A stretch of 64,000 nt of DNA from Rhizaria sp. SCN 62-66. Its lineage: Eukaryota. Below the pieces are notes generated by a model that saw only the letters and a list, made by a program, of their open reading frames with translations, searched no databases and had not been told where the DNA came from. The stretch covers positions 1-64,000 of the forward strand of contig MEDY01000284.1 in NCBI GenBank assembly GCA_001724265.1, read 5' to 3'. The position numbers and the translations under genes were made by a program. Shown here one piece after another: positions 31,394 through 44,390 of the stretch; position 1 is the stretch's first letter, and each line of letters opens with the position of its first letter.

Positions 31394-34300
31394 TTACCAG
31401 AAGCTGCTACTGTTCTTCTGCTGCTCAGCGAGCTTGCGCGCGTTCTCGGCAAAAGTCATTGACGACTTGGCGAGTCGGTCTGACTGCTCCGCCATCTCAT
31501 TCAGGCGCTCGCCACGCTCCAGTGCGAGGCGCTTGTTCTCATTCATGACGTCCTTGGTGGCCTCGACCTTGGCGCGCGTGTTGCCACCATCCTTCTGCAG
31601 CTTCGCGATGTCCGCCTTGAGCGCCGCGGCCTCGGCATCGTGCCGGCGGCTGCGCTCGGCGCCCGTGAGCGCGCGATCATGCCGCCAGTCACCGCCGTCT
31701 TCACCCGCAGCATTCGCCTCGGGAGACGCTGTGGCCGTGGCGGCGCGCGCCTTCTGCTGCGCCTGCGCCTGCTGCGCCTGGCGGTGCGCGGCGGCAGCCT
31801 TGGCGCGGAGCGTGTTGTAGCACGCGTCGCACGCGCGGTACGCCGCCTTCTCGGCGCCGGTGTTGCGGACCGCGGTTTTGCTGCTGCACTCGCCGCAGCA
31901 GAGCACGCCGCAGCGCCGGCAGTGGTGTCGACGGCGCAGGAAGCCGAACTCGGCCCCGCAGCGCCAGCACTCGGGCTCGGTGTCGTGCTGCGCCCAGTCC
32001 CCGCCCTCCCGCACCGCGAACGCCTCTTTCCCGTCCGCCGGCACCGGTCCGGCCGCGGCCCACGCGGCGGCGGCCTTGCTGGCGACCGCGGCGACGGCGC
32101 CCGCGGCCGTGGCGCGCGCCGCGGGCTCCACGCGGTCCGCGTTGGGCAGCCCCGTGAGGCGCGCGCCGTGGTCGACGAGTGCGGCCACGGTGCGCGGGTC
32201 TCCGGCGCACACGTGTAGCGGCGTGTTGCGCGCCAGGTCCCGCACGTTGGGCGCCGCGCCGAACTGCAGCAGCACGCGCGCGGCGCCCGCGGCGGCCTGC
32301 TGTGACGCGTAGTGCAGCGCCGTCAGCCCCAGCGACGACGACGCGGCCACGGCGGCCTCGGCGCCCAGCCCGGCGGCCGCGTTGGCGCCCGCAGCGTGCG
32401 CGGCGGCAGCGGCGGCTGAGAGCAGCGCCTGTACCACAGCGGCGCGGTCGCTGGCCGCGGCGTCCATGAGCAGCGTGAAGCGCGAGTGGTGGCCCGCAGC
32501 CGTGCCCAGCACGACGCGGCAGGCGGCGTCAGCGTACGCGGGCGGCGTCGGCACGAACCGGTCGCCGCGCGCGCCCGCGGAGAGCAGCGCGGAGACGCAT
32601 TCGGCGGCGGCCGCGGGCGCGGCGGGCGAGCGCGCCGCGAGCATCAGCGGCGTGAAGCCCTCGTTCTCGCAGTCGCCGTCAATCGCGGGCTTCTTCGCGG
32701 AAACCGCAGCTGCTTTGTCGCTGTTGGGAGGAAACGTGCGCGTGTCAGGGCGCGCGGAGTGGAAGAGCAGCAGGTGCACCATCGACACGCGGCCCGCGGC
32801 GGCGGCGAGGTGCAGCGGCGTGACGCCGCGTAGCACGCGCGCGCCGCGGGGCAGGCGGCGCGGGGCGAGTGACCGTGCCAGCAGCGCGGCCGCGCCGCTG
32901 CCGGGGGCCCCGTCGACGCCGCTGGTCGCGGGGGACAGGGTGGTCGTCTTCTCTGTGTTGGCGGTGGTATTCGCGGTGTTGTTGGCTGCGCTGAGGTACG
33001 CGGCCAGGACGTCAGCCGTATCTGCGTCGCCGCCGGCGCCACAGGCGTTGGGGCTCGCCGCGCCGCTCGCGGAGGGAGATAACGCAAGCTCGGAGTCGGA
33101 GCCGTCGTCGTTGTCGGTCTCGGTGTCCGGGGCCGCGGTACCCTCGGCCACGACCACGCTCCCCGCTGGCACTCCACTCGCGCTGCCGCTGCCACTGGGG
33201 CTGAGCGCGAGGGCGCCGCCTGCCGTGCCGGAAGCAGGGGTGACGGGGCTGGCGGGCGTGCTGCCGCCGCCGCTGTTCTTGTTGGCCGCGGCAGAGGCGA
33301 GCTCGAGAGTGGTGGTTTCGTGAGTGACGCCGCAGCAGAGCGCGAGAAGCTCGGCCGCGGCGGCTAAACTTCCGTGCGCCGAGCCCTCCAGGTCGAGCGC
33401 ACTGTGCCCGCCCCGCTGCTGCTGCTTACGTTCGCTGTCATCCGTCTGATCGTGCTCGTGGTCGTACTCGCCGTCAGCACCGTCGTCGTCGTCGCCGCAG
33501 TCGTCGTCGTGCGCCGCGAGTGCCCCCGCGGGGACGAAGGCAACAGTGAGCGGCGCGTTGGCGTCGGCGCCGGCGTCGAGCAGCAGCGCGGCGCAGGCGT
33601 CGTCGCCGCGCAGCACCGCCGCGGCCAGCGCGGGGCAGCCCGCCGCGTCCGCCGCCGCCGCCGCAGCCACTGCACCGATCCCGCCACCATGAGAGTTGGC
33701 GTTTGTGTTGTTCGCGGGGCTGATGGATGATGCGGCGAGGAGGCGAGAGACGGCCTCGACGTCGCCTGCGGCCACGGCGGCGTGGAGCGTCCCGCGGAGC
33801 ACGTCATGCACGCTGCTGTCGACGAAGCGGCGCGCAGCAGACTCGCCGCCAGTGTGTTGTGCAGTAGGAGCAGTGCTGTTATGTGTCGTGTGGTGGAGAT
33901 GTGCGAGTTGGCGGTCGCAGACGCGCTTGGCAGCGAGGGCCAGCACGCGCAGCCACTGCTCCTTGGCCGCAGCCGAGGGTGCAGAGAGCACGAGAGTGCG
34001 GCCAGACACCAGCGCCGCATTAGTTGCTGAGGCAGAGTCAGAGTCAGAGAGAGCTGAGGTACGGGGAGCGGCGAGGGCGCTGACGACGAACGCGTGAGGC
34101 AGTTTGGTGTCTTCCGCGCGCGCGCTGGCGTCAACGACGAGCGTGTCGAGCGGGAAGATCTGTTTCGCGTCGATGCTGCTCATGCTGCCGGTGACGGCCG
34201 CGGCGGCCGCTGCGGGGAGCGAGGCCGCCGCGCTGTTCGTAGCGGCGGGCTGGTTGACCGGGAACGGGTCCGCGACAACAAGGCAGTCCGAGAAGAGCAG

Positions 34301-34513
34301 GAGCTCGCGCTCGACGGTGGAAAACCGCGCCTGCCGCGCCACGCGGCCGCGGTGCAGCAGCCGGCGCGTTGGCAGGTAGGCGGGCACGACGGGAAGCCGG
34401 TCCTCCTTGAACTTGAAGCGCGCGCAGAGGGCGATGGCCGCGGTGACGGACGCGGGCAGCGCGCCGCTGCTGCGGTGGGACGGGCGCGGGGGTGGCTTCG
34501 GGGCAGCAGGAGT

Positions 34514-34566
<53 letters not shown>

Positions 34567-34900
34567 TCGCTGCAGCAGGAGCAGCAGCGGCGGTAGAAGT
34601 CGTGTTGTCAGATGCAGCGGTGTCGTCACCGGGACCGTCGTTGAGGAAGTCGTCGATGCTGGCCGTGACCTCGCCACCGGGAGACGCCACGGCGGCGGTT
34701 GCGGCAGCAGACTTGGAGGGCACGGTGGAGGCGGCCGAGATGGCTAGCGAGGCCGCCGCGTCGTCTTCAGGCGCGGAGAGACGCGCGATCATGTCCAATT
34801 CGTGCGGCAGCGGCGACGGAAGGCTCAGCCCGGAGGCGTCGCGGTCAGACAGCGGCGAAGACGCGCCGCTGGGGGAGCCCTGGGGCTGCGAGGAGCTCAT
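31394..34900 (-). CDS. PH + ankyrin + FYVE + C-terminal R-SNARE (tomosyn/amisyn-like, no TM anchor) protein
   Basis: PH: LLHRGRV..ERELLLFSDCLVV...KEQWLRVL. Ankyrin: GVTPLHLAAAAGR, GFTPLMLAA, LTALHYA, NTPLHVC. FYVE: WAQHD..CWRC..RRRHHCRRCG..CS..RACDAC. SNARE: KDVMNENKRLALERGERLNEMAEQSDRLAKSSMTF. Stop TAA. Confidence 0.85.
34514..34563. repeat. (GCA)n microsatellite encoding poly-Ala in the FYVE/SNARE gene
   Basis: A long perfect gca run is directly visible. Confidence 0.85.
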
Positions 34901-35630
34901 GGGTGAGTCCGCGCGCGCTGTGACGAGCGCAGGACGGGGAAGACGTGAGGCGAAGGGCAGCAAGGTGAGCTGGGGGACGAGGGAGAAGATGCGGTTTTGT
35001 ACAGCCAAATAACGGAGCTCAGAGATGCAGCTGATTTAAAAGGTATCAACAAGGACTTTACATATAATACAACAAGGTTGCCCTCATGACATTTCGGAAA
35101 TCCGTTGAAGACGCAGGAATAGCAGATGATTGCAGATTGGGCTTCGTGGAGTCAATGATGTGACTCACGAAACCCTGATATTATGTGCTTTAAATGTTTA
35201 GTGTTCGAGTGCCGCTTTCAAAGATAGCAAGAAACACCAGCATTCTTCCAGGAAAACTGACACAATGCGCGTTTGACGGCCAACATAGTGCCATAGACGA
35301 ACTACGAAGTCGCTTGCATTGACGAATCGCCAGCGACCCGTTGGCCGAAGATTGCGAGCAGCACGCGTGTGGTTGCCTCGAGTTCACGATTGATTTCGTC
35401 TGGATTTCGTCCTTTGAAGAGTCTTATTCTACGCTTTTCGAAATTTCAATGAGAGTCTGTCTATTATATTAAAACCGTGTATCAATAACTCATCACCTCA
35501 CTGAGATACACATGTTTCTGTTTATCGCTCCCTGCCCAGCACCAGATCCCTCAAACAACCGCTCCTGCGTGCCGCTCTCGCCTCGTTCCCGCCTGCTAAG
35601 TCGACTACCTACTTTTCCCCGCTGCTGAGC

Positions 35631-36650
35631 ATGGACAAAGTCCGTGCCGCCGCTTCCTCCGCGGCCCAGGCGTCCCGCCGCAGCTCCGACTGGCTGTTCA
35701 CCAACGCCACGAACCTGGCCAACCACATCCGCCGCCGCTCCGGCGCGCTGCCACCGCCACTGTCCCAGGACGACGACGCCGCCAGCGCCGCCAACGCGGC
35801 CACCGGCGGCGCCTCTGCTTGCACGCCCGGCGGCAGCGGGATCGGCTTCGGACCCAGCGCTGGCGTCGGCGTTGGCGGTGACGATGTTGGTGCCTGTGCT
35901 GTTGCGACTCCTGTGGCGGGCTCCGTCGAGGCGCACGAGCAGGAGCGTATCGAGTCGCTGCAGCAACTGAACGAGTTCCTGCTCTCTTTCCCGGTCGTCG
36001 CTGCGCCGGCGTCGCTGTTCGCGCCGTACCTGTCCCCGCTGGCAGTGGTGTGCGCGTGGCTCCTGTTGTGCGCCAGCGTCTACGTCTACATCTTCTCGCT
36101 TGCCTCGCTGCTCAAGGTGCTGGGCTTTTTCGGCCCCGCGTACGCGACGTTCGTGACGGTGGAGACGGATGACGAGCACCAGCACGTGCAGTGGCTCAAG
36201 TACTGGGCCGTTTTTGGTCTCTCTGTCGTCGCCCTCGAGCCCGTCACTGACGCCGTGTACTCCGCGCGCCGCTGGTACCCCGTCGCGAAGGTCGTGTTTT
36301 ACCTCTTCCTCGTGTCCCCGTGGACCGATGGCGCGGTGTTCCTGTACGACCTGGCGCTGGAGCCGCTGTATCTGCGCTACGGCAGCACCGTGCACGGCTG
36401 GGTGCGGTCAGCGCGGTCTGGCGCACTGCAGGCCACGACCGAGATCCGCCAGGTGTCGACGATGCTCATCAAAAACGCCGCTGCGTCGTTCGCCGTCGCC
36501 GCGCTGCAGGGCGTCTCACAGTCGTCGCAGTCGTCCAAGTCGCAGCAATCGCAGGGCCAACAGGGCCAACAGGGCCAGCAACAACCGTTGCCATCGTCGC
36601 GGCACGGCACGCAGAGGCTCGCAGGCGTCACTGAGTGTGACGAGTATTGA
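35631..36650 (+). CDS. TB2/DP1/HVA22 (REEP/Yop1) family ER-shaping membrane protein
   Basis: LGFFGPAYATFVTVETDDEHQHVQWLKYWAVFG...WYPVAKVVFYLFLVSP..DGAVFLYD..LEP. ATG to TGA. Confidence 0.88.
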   Translation: MDKVRAAASSAAQASRRSSDWLFTNATNLANHIRRRSGALPPPLSQDDDAASAANAATGGASACTPGGSGIGFGPSAGVGVGGDDVGACAVATPVAGSVEAHEQERIESLQQLNEFLLSFPVVAAPASLFAPYLSPLAVVCAWLLLCASVYVYIFSLASLLKVLGFFGPAYATFVTVETDDEHQHVQWLKYWAVFGLSVVALEPVTDAVYSARRWYPVAKVVFYLFLVSPWTDGAVFLYDLALEPLYLRYGSTVHGWVRSARSGALQATTEIRQVSTMLIKNAAASFAVAALQGVSQSSQSSKSQQSQGQQGQQGQQQPLPSSRHGTQRLAGVTECDEY

Positions 36651-36966
36651 GCACTCTGCATCTATCGTGGGGTACACGTCCGTGTATCAAGCACCATCTT
36701 GCTCTAGAGAGCGCTACTGCCACTGTAATTGATTTGCCCGTGTTTTTCTTTCGGATCAGTGGCTGTTTGAGGGCCATGAGTGGTACTATTTCGGTCACTG
36801 TTGTGACCAATCAGTGAGCTTATTATGTTAGGCTTATTACTATGGTTATATTAGACGTTCAATACAAAGTAATTTTGATCGTTATGTATTTCTGTCTCTG
36901 ATTGTGATGTCAAACGTTTCTCATTGCGCTTTCTTAACTGATACGAGATGAGTGGTATAGGAGCTC

Positions 36967-39900
36967 TTACATCCAGCTAAGCGCCGTTGCCAGCAATGAC
37001 ACGACAGTCTCTCGCTCCCGCACCCGACGGTTCCGCCTCCGCGCTCCGTCACAAATCGCCTCAACATCAGCGACGTCAGTTGCTGCTGCAGCAGGAGTGA
37101 CATTTTCAGTAGCTGAAGCGGCAGCGAGACAGACCTGAGCCACGCACAGCGATCGCTTGAGCTCTTCCCGTGTCCGCACCAGCAGCAGCGTCCACGCCTT
37201 GTCATCAGTCTCTGCGTGCGTCACTGCAGCCGGCGCGCGTAGCTGCTGTCGCGGCTTCTGCAGCAGCGCGTGGCGGAGCGCACATACGAGTAGCGCGACC
37301 GCGGTGGAACTGCCGTGCGCTGCTGCGAGCCATAGCGCACTGCCCGCCAGCGGGGGCGGGCGCCGCAGCAGCAGCGCTTCTGCGTGCCGCGCCACAAACG
37401 CAGAGTCAACAATAGAGGCCGCAGCGCTGCCGCGCGCAGGAGTGAGTGTGAGCACTGTGGTGGCCGTTGCGCCCGGAACAACAGAGCACGGGCGCAGTAG
37501 TAGCTGCACGGTTTCCGTTGCAGTTGCGGCAGCGGCTAACGATGCTGCAGCAGTTGCGTCAGGGCTGCTGCTGTGGGCGCTGCGATCAACGCACGCAACC
37601 ACTTTATCGACCCAACGCGTCACTGCAGCAACAGAGTCAGCAGTAGCGATTGCCTCAGCGCTCGCTCTGGCGACTGCGGTGGCAAGCGCACCCGAGAGCC
37701 CTGTAAGTACAGCAAGCGTCGCAAGCGCCCGCCGAGCCGCATGATCACGGCGCGAACGCCGAGACTGGGACTTCGAATGAGGCTGTGACCGTGCAGCAAG
37801 CGTGTGCTCGCGCACGGTGAGATAAGATAGCTTCGCGAATAATGCCTCAGTAAGTGTGGCACGCAGCGGCGCGGCCCAGGGTAAAGTCTCCGCGGCAGGG
37901 ACAGCGGCAGACAGCGCGGCCTCTTCCAAGAGCTCACTGTCATCCAAGTCACTGTCGCTGCCGTTGTCATTCGCGGCTGCTGGACGTTCATCGCTGTCGC
38001 TGTCACTACAGGTGCCACAGGGATGACCGCAGCTGTCGTCCCGATCACAGTCGCTGTGGCAGGCGTACCAGTTGTCGTTGTCCTCATCATCAGCCTGCTG
38101 CTCATGATCCACGTCGCCGTCCCCGTCCCACAGTCCTGCGCCGCCCAACGGGCTCTGGTGTTGCTGCTTGTGGAAGTCGTTGTCAGCGTCGTGCGCAGCA
38201 GTGTAGTCGTGCCACAGAGTCACACCACGCGCCCCCCTTAAACTCGCACTCGCAGTCGTTTGATGCGGAGTCGAAGTGTTTAAATGACCCCAATCGTTCT
38301 CCTGCGCAGCCCCGAGACGTTCTGCGCGGCCAGTCACCGCGGCCTCGTACGCGCTCACTGGCACCAAGTCCCCGCGCAGCGCAAGCCCAAACAAATCGCC
38401 AGCAAGCGCGTGCACGGCCGCCGTGCGCGCCTCGTCCGCCGCGGCCGCGGCCGCCACAGCACCCGCGGGCACGGACACCACTCGGCTGCTGTGACCGCGG
38501 ACGGCGCTGTCTACAGCTGCGACTGCGGGGACGAGCAGGGGCCAGACAAGCGACGCGGCGGCGCGCGCGGCGGCCGCGGCGGCAAGCGCGGCGGCAGCCT
38601 CGATTAGCGCCAAGAGTGCAGGTTTAAGCGGGGACGCAGACAGTGCGCGCGGCGCCAGCAGAGCCAGCGGCGTCAACGGCGGCGCAGGGACTGATGACTG
38701 CGCGATAGACGAGGCCAAGATAGATGCTGAGGCAAGAGCGCTGTGCATCGCAACACGGTGGATAAACGATTGCGATTGCGGCTGTAAGTGTGATTTTGTA
38801 GGCGCGAAACTGTGCACATTGACACGCGCAGTGTTTGTGGGCAGAAGAAAACTCACAGACGCGTCGACAACGCCTGCTAACACCGCAGCCACGGGGTCTG
38901 TCGCAGCTACCGACTGCCCACGGTCACTGCGGCAACGTTGCTCACAGTCACTGAGCGCTGCGACAAGCGGTGCAAGCGCGAGTAGCAGCGGCGTGCGCTG
39001 CGGCGGCAGCGGCACACTCACAGTTTCTTCAAGACCTACACTGGAGCTGGTTTTAGCGCTATCACTGCGAGTAAACGCGGTTCCCGCTGCGGTTGCGGGG
39101 GCCGGGGTGAGGAAGGCGCTGGCCCGCGCCACAGCCTTGGCCGGCAGCAGCGCCGCCGCGGTAGCCTCGGCCACTGACGACGGCACGCGCGCACCCTCAG
39201 CGGTGAAGGGAGAAAGAGGCAACAAGTGCGTGGCAAGCAGCGCAGCGCCAAGTCCCACCGCAGCCTCTTCAGCCTCGTCATCAAAGCTGTCACTCTCGCC
39301 GTCGCCGTCACGGCCGCTGCAGACGGCAGCAAGCGCGGCGGTCGTTGTGAGCGCCACGCGCGCGCCAGTGAGCAAAAGCGCGCACTGCGCGCGGTTGCAG
39401 AGCACGCGGCCGAGCAGCGCACACAGCGAGGCCGCTTCAGCAACGTCACCCGCCAGGCCAACACACGCAGATGATGCAGCATCGCTCAGATCGCTCTTTG
39501 GAGCAGCGCCGTTCTACGTCGCGTCTTCAGGACTCAACCAAGAGCGCATAGAGCGGCGAGTGACAGAGCGCAGGCGCGCTGCAACACGTGCGGCGGCTGC
39601 GGCATACGCGGCGCCCGCGCGCGCGTACTGGCGCTGCGCAAAGAGCTCGCCAGCACTGCCGACGCCAGTCAAACGCGCCTCTGTCGTTTTCACGAACGCT
39701 GTGGGCGGCTCACTCTCGTCGTCGTTGTCACCGTGCTCAGGCGTAGGAGTCGCGGGAGCAACTGCAAGTGCAACAGCAAGCGCGAGAGCGGACAAAACAT
39801 GCGGCGAAGTGTGCACTGTGGCCGCTGAAGCAACGCCCCAGCGAGCAAGTTCGCTTTCAAGAGTTGCCAGCACCGCGGTTTCTGCCGCTGATAAGGTTGC

Positions 39901-42387
39901 TGTTGTTGTAGAAGCGCACAGGAGCAGAGAAACACAGAGTGCCGCATTGCAGGCACTGATTAGCGAGGACAGGAGCGCAGTGTAGGTCAAGTGACTGGAA
40001 ACCGCCGCAACATTGACGGAGGCAGGACCAGTCGCAGCTGCTGTGGCAACTGCTGCAGCGCGGAGCGAAGCAAGAGCGTCAGCCGCAACACGCGCGTTGG
40101 CCACAGCGACGGCCACAGCGGCGCTCAGTGCGGCTGTAGTTTCATCGCGGGGGCGCAGTGCTGGCGCAAGCAGCGTTGCAAGTGTTAACGAGTTGCTCTT
40201 TGCGGCCGCCAGCAGCGCCAGCGCGCGCCACTCACCCTCAGCGGCTGCACCGGCCGCGGTAGTGGTGGCACTCGCTGTCGCTGTGGCTGTATTGACTGTA
40301 TAAGCAACAGGCGGGCCCGCCACGGAGACCACCGCGGCGGCTGCAATTGTGGCGGCGAGCGAAGGGCTGTACGCACTCAGTGGAGCGCTGCCACTCGCCG
40401 CAGCCGACGGGCCCGCAGTGAGCGCAGCCGTGGGGAAGAGCGGCACGGCGCGCAGTAACCGAGCGAAAGACGCGCCTGCGCGCACAGTCCCGCCCACGGC
40501 CTCTGCGGGGGCGAGAGTGGTGCCGCGCACGGTCACCCCAACAGTCGCTTCAAGCGCGGACGCAGCTGCCGCAGTTGCAGACGCAGCAGCGTTGGCGCCA
40601 GTGAGCTTGTTGTCCGCGTTGCCATTGGAGTTTGCGGCGGCGACTGCAGCTGCAATCAGCAGTGCTGTCTCAAAGCTGCCTGTGCCCGCGGGCGCCAATG
40701 CTGTCGCGCAGTGCGTGGCGTAATGTGTCACAGGAGTGGAGTGCGTGATTGAGTGCGTGGGCGCGGATTGCAGACAGAGAGCGAGCGGAGTCGCCACAGG
40801 TGCAGCAAACAGGCGCCGCAGATGTCCTGCAGTGCAGCGTATACAGGGGCAGCGGCAAGCGCCATCGCGCGCGCATGCCTTGCTCTTGCCCTTGTCCTTG
40901 CCTTCGCGAACAGTTGTGCTCGCGCCCAAGCACTCGCTTGTACAGTCACTTTCATACTCGCACTCTTCACACTTCTTCTTGTGTTCGAGGCCACCGTGCG
41001 TATCACTGGCTTCATCACGCCGCACGGTCACGCAAGCACTCGCATTGTCAGTGACCGTGGCCATGGCCCGTGCCCAGCGTCGCAGCGCTGTACGGTGCGC
41101 GCCGCTCGGCGGCCGCGGGTCAGCACGCGCCCGTGCTGGGTCAAGCGAAGTCACCGCAAGCGCGAGCCGCGCCGCGGTGCCCGCGCCGCCGGGCCCGCCC
41201 GCGCCAGCCCACGCCGCGGCCGCGGCCAGCGCGGCCGCCGCCGCGGCCGCCAAGGCCGGGCCCGCAGCCGCGCGCTGGCTCGCGGCGGNNNNNNNNNNNN
41301 NNNNNNNNNNNNGGCTCGCGGCGGCCGCCGTGGTGGACGCAGCGGAGGAGGATGAGGAGGACTGCAGCAGCAGCGCGAGCAGCAGCGGCGGCAGCAGCGG
41401 GGTCGACCGCGCAAGAGCCGACGCAGCCAGCGCCGCCTCGGGCGCGGGACCCTGCTGCCCGTCCACCGCGGCCATCGCAGCGCTCCCGGCTCCGGCTCTG
41501 GCTGCTGCTGCGGTTGCAGCAGGAAGGTACGGCGCGAGCGCGTGTGGGGCCGCGGCAGCGAGCAGCAGCGCGGCGGCGGGCCGCGGAGACGGGTGCGCCG
41601 TCAGCGCCGCGGCCAAAAGCGGGACCAACAACGCGTCGCGCGGCGCACCAGAAGGCAGTAACACCTCCACAAGCGTCTGCGGCGACACCGCAACAGGAGC
41701 AGTTGCATTCGCAGTAGCAGCAACAGTTGATGAGGGGGCGTAAACTGAAGGTGCGGGCGGTGGTGGTGCGGCGGCAGCAAACTCGGCCTGCGCGCGGACG
41801 CGGGCGCGTGTGTATGCGGCAAGAGCACGTGCGAGCACCGGTACTGACACTGGCACTGGCACTGACGCTGACGCAGGCGCTGGCACTGACGCTGGCGCTG
41901 GTGTTGGCGCTGACGCAGGCGTCGGCGCTGAGACTGGCGCTGAGTCCGCGCTTACAAGACCAGCAGCAGTACTGTTCGCAGTTCCACTAACAGTGGCGCT
42001 CGCAGTAGCGCTGGGGCAAAAAAGCGCAGCGAGCGATCGTAGGGTAGACTCAGTGAAGCGTGAGAGTCGGCAGTCGCCACCGCCGAACCCATAGCCCTCA
42101 CAGTCTGAAGAGCCGGCGTTGTTGTTCTGCGCGGCAACAAACGCAGCAAGCGCGGCGCTGTCGCCACGACCCGACATCGAGCCTGTATTGGCATAAGAGA
42201 CGGCATTGCCCGTGGTGGCGTCAAGGTCCGCTTCAGTCGCAGGCTCAAGGCTGGAATTTGACGAGAGTGGGGGCAGCGGCGGCATTGTGTCGGGCACGGC
42301 AGCCTCGATGCGGCGGCGCAGCTCCGCGGGGTCACCCCAGCGGCCAGCGTCGGCCAGCGACTTGAACACTTCGAACGGGGTCGACAT
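36967..42387 (-). CDS. Large Ala-rich hypothetical protein (~1800 aa) containing one in-frame TAG (39516-39514) and an assembly gap
   Basis: The ORFs 39514..42414 and 36967..39405 are in the same frame, separated only by a TAG and 36 open codons. ATG at 42387 (MSTPFEVF), stop TAA. No family recognised. Confidence 0.65.
41289..41312. other. Assembly gap (24 N), probably a 12-bp overlap
   Basis: ggctcgcggcgg occurs immediately on both sides of the Ns. Confidence 0.85.
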
Positions 42388-43322
42388 GGAGCGCGCGGCA
42401 ACCTTGGCGGACAACGCAGAGTTCGCTCCGGAGTCTGGGTTTGGCAGAGGTTAACGTGATTGGATTGTGAAAAGGAAGTTCGTCAGTATGAGAAATATAA
42501 AACAAATCATAAATACAAAACAAAACCCCGCATCATAATAAGCGTGAACAGACTCTGACGATCAATTCGCCTCAGGATAGCAATATTCGATTTGGTACAT
42601 GTACTTGATGGCACACTCCCCTCCACCTTACGGTCACAATGCCATAGCAATAAGCAGGATTGTAACAGAAAAGAGAGTTAAACATGGAGAATCGAATGGA
42701 AGTGTATTCAAATCAAGTTTTGTTGCAAAACAGTTGTCTTAAACGTGGAGACAGGATCTTCGTAGAGTGAGCCGAGCTGCTTGTTGTCTTTAGGGAGGAA
42801 AAGAAAAAGCAATTGGAACTTGTTGTTAGTACGAGGTACAGGTAAGATGCAGTGAGGGGGAGGTGGTGGAACCCGACGCGTTGCGTCACCACAGCAGACA
42901 TAGCAATGCGAATCAGATTCAACAGACCAGATCTACCAGCAGATAACGCGCGACAATGTGGACGTGCTCCATTAATCACTCGGTCTCTCACACCGTCATC
43001 AACCAGCCACACGTGAACAGACAGCGCACACACCTCCACATACACCCAGGAGGGCGGAGCAGAGCGGCGAGAAAACGCCTGCAATTGCTACTCTGTTCTA
43101 AAAAACAACGAATGAACTAACGCGTTGAGAGTGTTGATGTTCATGGTTGAAGTCTCAGTCGTGATTGCGTGTTTTTGCGTGCAAGTGCGTATGAACGAGT
43201 GTGATGTCAGCTTTCGTTTGTGGTTCGTTTGCTTGATATATTATAATTATGATAGTGAGGGACGAGGGGATCAATAACACCATTATCCATCACTTGTTGT
43301 GAGTGCAAGGTGCGTGCATGAG

Positions 43323-44390
43323 TTAGGTGGAAAAACGCTCACGCTCACCGATTTTGAACGCTTTGGTCGCGGAGGCGGTCTTGGAACCGGCAGTCTTGGC
43401 ACCGGCGGTCTTGGAACCGGCAGTCTTGGCACCGGCAGTCTTGGCACGGGCAGTCTTGGTGGCAGACTTGGACGACGCGACCTTGGTGATGGGATTGCCG
43501 GACATCGAGGAGTCGATGACGGCCGTCTTAGGGATGGTGGCCTTGGCGACGAACTTGACCTTGGGCTCGGGAGTCGCGGCGTTGATCTCAGAGATGGCGC
43601 CGTCGGGGCCGTTGCACTGGCAGCGGCGCTTCTGGGCCTCGAGGAACGGCTTGCTACCGCCGAGGTTGACGGCCTGGTACATGGCAGTGGGAACAGCGCG
43701 GTAGATGATGGCCTCATTGGCGACGGCCGCCTCGAGGCACGTCTTGAACGTCGTGTCGATGTTGTGCTTGGACGCACCGCACGTGTCGTAGCCGATGTCG
43801 TGCGCGTTGCAGCAGCTGGTGATGCTCTTGGGGAGGTGCGTCAGCAGATGGTGGATCGTCTTGCCGGTGACCTCGGAGCCGCAGCCGTCGAAGAACGCCT
43901 GGGTGCCGGGCACGGTACCCATGGTGTAGCCAGCGGGGCACGTAGAAAGGTCGGGAATGCTCTCGACGTCGGCCTCAGCATCAGCGTCGGCATCAGCGTC
44001 AACATCGGCGTCAGCCTCAGTCTCAGCGTCAACATCAGCGTCAGCGTCAGCGTCAACATCAGCGTCAGCGTCAGCGTCAACATCAGCGTCAAGCTCAGCC
44101 TCGTTCTCAGCCTCAGCGTCAGCCTCAGCGTCAGCTTCGGCCTCGAGCTCAGCCTCGAGCTCAGCCTCGGCGTCAGCGTCAGCATCAACCCCGGCGTCAG
44201 CCTCAGCCTCAGCATCCACCTCGACCTCAGCATCGACCTCAGCCTCAGCGTCCATCTCGAGGAAGGCAGCGTCGTCGACCGAGAGCTGAGAGAACTCAGC
44301 AGTGGCCAGGTCGACCGCAGTAGCGGGGGAGACCATGACAACAGCCATCGAAAGGGCAAACGCGGCCGCCAGAAAATAGGCAAAACGCAT
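43323..44390 (-). CDS. Secreted group XII-like phospholipase A2 with an acidic N-terminal repeat region and a basic repeat tail
   Basis: Signal peptide [25 protein letters not shown], then a (DA/EA)n tract. The domain reads DGCGS...[23 protein letters not shown]...[20 protein letters not shown], like PLA2G12. KTAG(A/S) tail, stop TAA. Confidence 0.8.
   Translation of the reverse strand: MRFAYFLAAAFALSMAVVMVSPATAVDLATAEFSQLSVDDAAFLEMDAEAEVDAEVEVDAEAEADAGVDADADAEAELEAELEAEADAEADAEAENEAELDADVDADADADVDADADADVDAETEADADVDADADADAEADVESIPDLSTCPAGYTMGTVPGTQAFFDGCGSEVTGKTIHHLLTHLPKSITSCCNAHDIGYDTCGASKHNIDTTFKTCLEAAVANEAIIYRAVPTAMYQAVNLGGSKPFLEAQKRRCQCNGPDGAISEINAATPEPKVKFVAKATIPKTAVIDSSMSGNPITKVASSKSATKTARAKTAGAKTAGSKTAGAKTAGSKTASATKAFKIGERERFST
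43376..43460. repeat. 15-bp tandem repeats encoding KTAG(A/S)
   Basis: gtcttgg(a/c)accggc(a/g) units are repeated about 5 times. Confidence 0.8.
43975..44255. repeat. 6-bp-unit (tcagcg/tcagcc) coding repeats encoding DA/EA dipeptides
   Basis: Directly visible within the PLA2 gene. Confidence 0.8.
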
